A stretch of DNA of 64,000 nt from the human T2T-CHM13v2.0 reference genome, Homo sapiens: NCBI RefSeq assembly GCF_009914755.1, contig NC_060933.1; one strand, written 5' to 3'. This document shows positions 55,703 through 64,000 of the stretch, piece after piece. Each line of letters starts with the position of its first letter. The stretch's first letter is position 1. The notes beneath the pieces are model-generated. The model did not search any database. It was not told where the DNA came from and was given only the letters and a program-made list of their open reading frames with translations. Made by a program: the position numbers and the translations under genes.

Positions 55703-57558
55703 TTAATCCCCTGGGTGGGCTTTCTGATGTTCTCTAAGGCTTGATTTTTGACTGAAAGTTCTCCCACATTTATCACATTTATAGGGTTTCTCCCCTGTGT
55801 GAGTTCTCTGATGTACTCTGAGATTGGATTTCTGACTGAAAGCTTCCCCACACTGATTACAATTATATGGTTTCTCCCCGGTGTGAGTTCGCTGATGTTT
55901 TCTTAGGACTGACTTCTCACTGAAAGCTTTTCCACATTCATTACATTCATAGGGCTTCTCCCCAGTGTGAGTTCTCTGATGCCCTCTGAGATTTGATTTC
56001 TGCCTGAATGTTTTTCCACACTCCTCACATTGATAGGGTTTCTCCCCAGTATGAGTTCTGTGATGTACTCTGAGGTTTGATTTCTGACTGAAAGCTTCCC
56101 CACAATGATTACATTTATAGGGTTTTTCCCCTGTGTGAATTCTATGATGTCCTCTGAGTTGTGATTTCTGACCGAAAGCTTTTCCACACTGATTACATTT
56201 GTAGGGCTTCTCCCCTGTGTGTGTTCTATGATGTTTCCTCAGGCCTGACTTCAGTTTGAAAGCTTTCCCACATTCATCACATTTATATGGTCTTTCCCCT
56301 GTGTGAGTTCTTCGGTGATTCCTTAGGCCTGACATATGGCTGAAAGATTTCCCGCATTCATTACATTCAAAAGGTTTCTCCCCTGTGTGAGTTCTCTGAT
56401 GCACTATGAGGATTGACTTATAGTTAAAAGATTTCCCACATTCATGACATTCGAATGGTTTCTCCCCTGTGTGGGTTCTCTGGTGTATTCTTAGGCCTGA
56501 CTTTGCACTGAAAGCTTTATCACATCCATCACATTTGTATGGTTTCTCTCCCGTGTGAGTTCTCTGATGTTTTCTTAGGCGTGACTTCTCACTGAAGGCT
56601 TTCCCGCACTCAGGACATTCATAGGGTTTCTCCCCTGTGTGACTTTTCTGAGGCCAAATCAAGTGTGAATTCATAGAGCAGGATTTCCCACATTCATTAT
56701 ACTCATAGGGTTTTGCCCTTATGTGAACCTTCTGATGTACACTGAAAGTTGACTGGTAGCTGAATGTCTCTGTACATGGGTGATAATCAGAGTATTTATC
56801 TGTTGCATGAGTTCTCTGATGCACTGGGAGGGTTGAATTACGGTTGAAACTTTTTCCATATTCAAAGGGTTTCACCCCTATATGAACTCTATGATGTTCT
56901 CTAATGTGTGACTTTTGGCTGAAGGATTTCCCTCCTGTGAGAGTTTTGTGAGTGATTCTACAGAAACAATTTCCAGTATCATTAAACTCATAGTGACTCT
57001 TCTCTGGATTCATGTTCTGAGGAATAATAAAGGTTGATTTATCATATTTGTTTTCCCCAAATTTACTGAAATTGTAAGATTTTCCTTTTGGGTGGGTACT
57101 GTTAGATGTAACAAGGGCAGCCTTTTCAAGAAAAGCTTTTCTACTTTCATTATATTCAAAATCTTGCCCCAGAGTCTGAATTGTCTGATGTTGAATAACT
57201 TCCTCCTTATGATGGAGGGTTTTCACAATTTTACTATAAGCGAAAGATTTCTCTTGAGTGTTAGTTCTGCCATCCTTAATACTGATGAGCCATTTGTCAC
57301 AAACATTACGCTCATGAGCCTTTTCTTTTGAATACTGACAGTGTGGGGCCATCAGGCTGAGCCCCTGGCAAGCAGACCCCGCAATGTCACATTTACAAGG
57401 CATCATTCTTGCACGAAAAATGTTTATGTCTCGATTATGTGGTTTTCCTGAAATTTCTTGCTCTGTAGTCAATAATTTATTGGTGAATAAAACTTGCAAC
57501 AAATGTTTGCCTTGATTTTCTGGGCTCTTCTCTGAGATTTCATCAGGTTGGGAGTCTT
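55703..57558 (-). CDS. ZNF782: ZNF782 terminal coding exon: spacer, about 4 degenerate fingers and 11 intact C2H2 fingers, ending ...HQKAHPGD*
   Basis: TTTTAG acceptor (AG at 57560-57559), phase 1, begins (E)[24 protein letters not shown]. Matches track ORF 55703..57502. TGEKP-linked C2H2 array at about 56623-55715. Protein recognised as ZNF782. The KRAB exons lie beyond the window end. Confidence 0.93.
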
Positions 57559-58322
57559 CTAAAAATGATAAAATTAAACAAACTTTATGATATTTAACAC
57601 ATTTCTTATGGAATGGGACATATATGTATATATATGCCCTATTATGTATTTGATTCCTTAGTTTCTGGCTCAGTTTCTCAACAATAAAGTAATTTCAAGT
57701 ACATATTCCCCATATTCCCTTTTTAGCTTAAATTTTTTTTTGTAGTAGAAAAAGAAATGGGAAATGAATATATATACATATTTGGCATCTTAAAATAGAA
57801 TTTTCAAAACTGAATAGAGAAGAGGATATAAATCAACAAAATGACTGAGAATGGTGTATACGTAAGAGCATTGGATCCTGGGAACAGGAAAATCAGAGAA
57901 TGGGATGAATAAAAAAAGATTACCAACATGAAGTAGATAACAACAACAAAAATCAATGGATTAGTGGTTTTATCTGAGACAGGGTTTGCCGTAGGGAGTA
58001 ACGCTAGTCTAGATTCTTATACAAATATAAATTACAATGGTAGGATAATCATTAGCCTGCAATAGTTCAGTTGGAGCTCCATTTCCATTCTACACATCAC
58101 AAAAGAAATTTATAATGACACCAATTTCCTCATGTTAAAAGAAATACTACTATAGACAACATTTTAATTCTGTCTGCATTATCATCAAAGGAACACACAT
58201 GTGTAAGTGGAAATGTAAAATTGATGGGAGTTAAAGTCATTTTTCCACCTAGACTGGATTCACTGCTCTGCCCTAGCTCTGGTGACTTGGTTTATTATGT
58301 CAGGGTTGTTCAATAGTGAATC

Positions 58323-58798
<476 letters not shown>

Positions 58799-59449
58799 TA
58801 ACCTGGACTTAGAAACTTTACACATATCCTTTATATTTATTTATCATAGATTTCCTGTGTATATTTGACTGCTATTGCCCTACTGCTACCCGCATTCCAT
58901 GCAAAAATGTCAGCCTTGTGCTAAAAATATTCCAAGGCCTTAAATATACTGCCTTAGTGCCCTAACAGATATTCAGGAAAAGAAGGTTTTACACTAACTG
59001 TAGGCTCATTACATGTTGTAGCTCTCACTGCAACAGCCCACAGTCTTTTCTGCTCTAGTCTTGACAGGATATCACCAGTAAATAGTATATTTTCAGCAAT
59101 AATCTTATATTCTTTCTCTGAATCACTCTGCTTTTTAGCCTTAGACCTATGTAGACTCTAGATGTCCTTCAGGCAATGCAAAGCATTTCCCAAATTACAC
59201 ACACATACAAAAGGCTTCTTGTGTCTTCCCACAAATATAAGGAACATTTATTTAAAATCTGAAAGTAGTTACTGTCTATAGTATTCATTTTAACAAGGAA
59301 TATATGGATAGTACTCATATATCTGACACTCATGATTTTTTAAGAAAAAATTATCATCATTCAAATTAGGAAGCATTTTAAAACTTACGGCACGTGCATG
59401 GTTAAATGGCATTTTCTCTTTCTTAGTTGTACGTCAAATAATAGTTCAC

Positions 59450-59743
59450 TTTTTTTTTTTTTTTTCTTGAGACAGAGTCCTTGATCTGTCACCCAGGCTG
59501 GAGTGCAGTGGTGCGATCTCGGCTCACTGCAAGCTTCACCTCCCGGGTTCACACCATTCTCAGCCTCCTGAGTAGCTGGGACTACAGGTGCCCACCACCA
59601 TACCCGGCTAATTTTTTGTGTTTTTAGTAGAGATGGGGTTTCACCATGTTAGCCAGGATGGTCTCGATCTTCTGACCTCGTGATCTGCCCACCTTAGCCT
59701 TCCAAAGTGCTGGGATTACAGGCGTAAGCCACCGCGCCTGGCC
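59450..59743 (-). mobile_element. AluY
   Basis: TSD AATAGTTCACTTTTT. Confidence 0.9.
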
Positions 59744-60866
59744 AATAGTTCACTTTTTAATCAACAGCATTAATTATTTTATTCAGCTTTGTTCTCCTTT
59801 CCAAAATATAACCTTCGTTCTGATATACTTTATATCTCTCTGTAATTTATATGAAGACAGTGACTGTTAAAAAGCAGTGTGCCTCAAAATTACCTCCTCT
59901 TTCCTACACAAGTGCTCAGACTCAATGCTAACCTACACCTGATTATTCAAAAGTCTCAGAAATTTGACTGGGGTGTTTGCATTTAGGGATCATGTTTTTT
60001 GAATGAATCAATATGAAACACCTCTCCCGAGTGGCTTTGAAGTTAATACACAATATTATTAAAAATACTTACATGTTATATTGCATGGACTCAATATATA
60101 GAAGAGTAAAGCAGAGACCATTCTTTTTAGTGGGTTATAATCCAGGTGGGAATGGAGCACATTCATAGCTATGTGCTCTCTGGCACAGTGTTTCATTTTC
60201 TTTTAACACATCTATCAAGTAGGTTGTGAGTTTACAAAAAGAAGAGATAAGGCATACACTAAAGTATTTCAAACTATACCACAGAAGTAGGAATTTAAAT
60301 CAAAACTTTGAGTAATAGTGCTTTCCCCCTTTTTCGAATTGAGACTATTTTATTCAGTTATTTTTATTGCAAGAACCGCTTTTGGCTTTAAAATTTATAC
60401 TAATATAGTCTTATTTTTATTACATCTTTTGCTTTGCTTAGTTTTCTTTGAAAACTTTTTCACTTTTAAAAACAAGTACATAAGACTAATATAAGACTAA
60501 AAGTTTTTCTAAGCACTGCTTTATCTATATCCCAAAGGTTCTAATATGCATGTTTTTTATCTTTGAAATTTTCTGGATATTAGACAATTTTGATTTTCAT
60601 TTACTCTTTGATTAAATATGTTTTTAAAGATATATATTCCTTATTGAGTTTAAGATAGACTTTAATTCTTCTTACATTGTTTGCAATTTGCAGTTTTACT
60701 GGACAATAATATCTTTGTGGATTTATTCATTTTTGCACAAAATACTTTTATATTTTGTCAGGGTCCCATGGTCATTTTAAAAAGGGTTCATTCTGTTTCC
60801 AGAGCAGAGTTGTGAAAGACACATCAGATTCATTTTTATAAAATATGTTATTTATAACTTCTAGAG

Positions 60867-61074
60867 CAGGAGTCAGTAAACTTTTTCTGTAAAAGGCCAG
60901 AGAGTAAATGTTTTCCACTGGGCTGATCATGTGGTCTCTGTTGTAACTACTCAATTCTACCTCGTAGCATGAGCACATAAATGAATAGCTATGGCTGTGT
61001 TCTAGAAAAATATTTCCTGACCAAAATAGGCAGCAGGTAGAATTTCACCTGTGTCCTCATTTGCTGAGCACTAG
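60867..61074. mobile_element. MER58A-like hAT MITE
   Basis: CAGGAGTCAGTAAACTTTTTCTGTAAA start. Confidence 0.75.
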
Positions 61075-61642
61075 TCTAGGAACTCAGTTGTGATCCACTG
61101 GCTCTGGTATGAAATCAAAGAGGTAAATTAAAGTCTATGTGACCTAATATGTTTCCATTTTTCCTCAGAACACTTGCAGTTTTTTGTTTTATGACACCTG
61201 ATGAAAATTTAGTGCACAAATATTCAAAACTCTTAAATATATTTTAAAGTTCTCTACTTTTAAAATATCCTTTTAAAACTGTCTATTTTAGCATTATCAA
61301 AATGCCCTTTCTCTTCTCTGTTTTTTGACCTGAATTTAACTTTAGTGTTATTGAGTTTACAAACAGAAGAGATAAAGTATAGGGTAAAGTATTCCAAGAT
61401 TACGCTATAGAGGTAGGAATTTAAAGCAAATAAACACTGAATTATTTTAGTTTATTGCCTTAGCAATTCATAACCGTATTTTGAACTTCTCAAATTATTT
61501 TTAAAATATACCTCTTTAACAAAATCTAATAGCATTTTCTCTTAATAGGTGAATTTAATCCACTTAACATTAGTTGATATGGCAAATATGTTTGTCTTAC
61601 TCTACGTTATGCCAGGGATCTGCATAGCTTTTGTGTAGATAA

Positions 61643-64000
<2,358 letters not shown>

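Noticed and set aside
55669-56187. Alternate-frame ORFs (..[17 protein letters not shown]..) overlapping ZNF782
   Set aside because: Typical shifted-frame shadow of a C2H2 array. Short, with no independent support.

Overview
This is primate DNA, almost certainly human, from a KRAB zinc-finger gene cluster. I recognise the proteins as ZNF510 and ZNF782 (chromosome 9q22). Both genes lie on the minus strand. The window holds the CpG-island promoter and first five exons of ZNF510 (exon 1 ending at 15812, down to the KRAB-B exon at 895-990) and the large terminal C2H2 exon plus 3' UTR of ZNF782 (CDS 55703-57558, 11 intact fingers). Most of the rest is transposable element: about 20 Alus, MaLR/ERV solo LTRs, hAT/Tigger MITEs, old L1M fragments, a near-full-length minus-strand L1PA15/16-type element, a full-length L1PA3 with TSD (34781-40960) nested inside older L1s, and a second, 5'-truncated L1PA3 in the ZNF782 intron. 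The main non-routine observations are as follows. (1) A heavily decayed H3.3-type histone relic at about 49190-49570 that the ORF track misses. (2) A perfect 18-bp palindrome replacing the ZNF93-target segment in the L1PA3 5' UTR. (3) A tract of shared non-consensus variants between the two direct-repeat L1PA3 copies that flank the ZNF782 finger exon. (4) A spliced uORF whose stop overlaps the ZNF510 ATG. (5) Fossil zinc fingers in the ZNF782 3' UTR. (6) Several locally templated insertions. Repeat subfamily names and consensus comparisons come from memory, and repeat boundaries are approximate.
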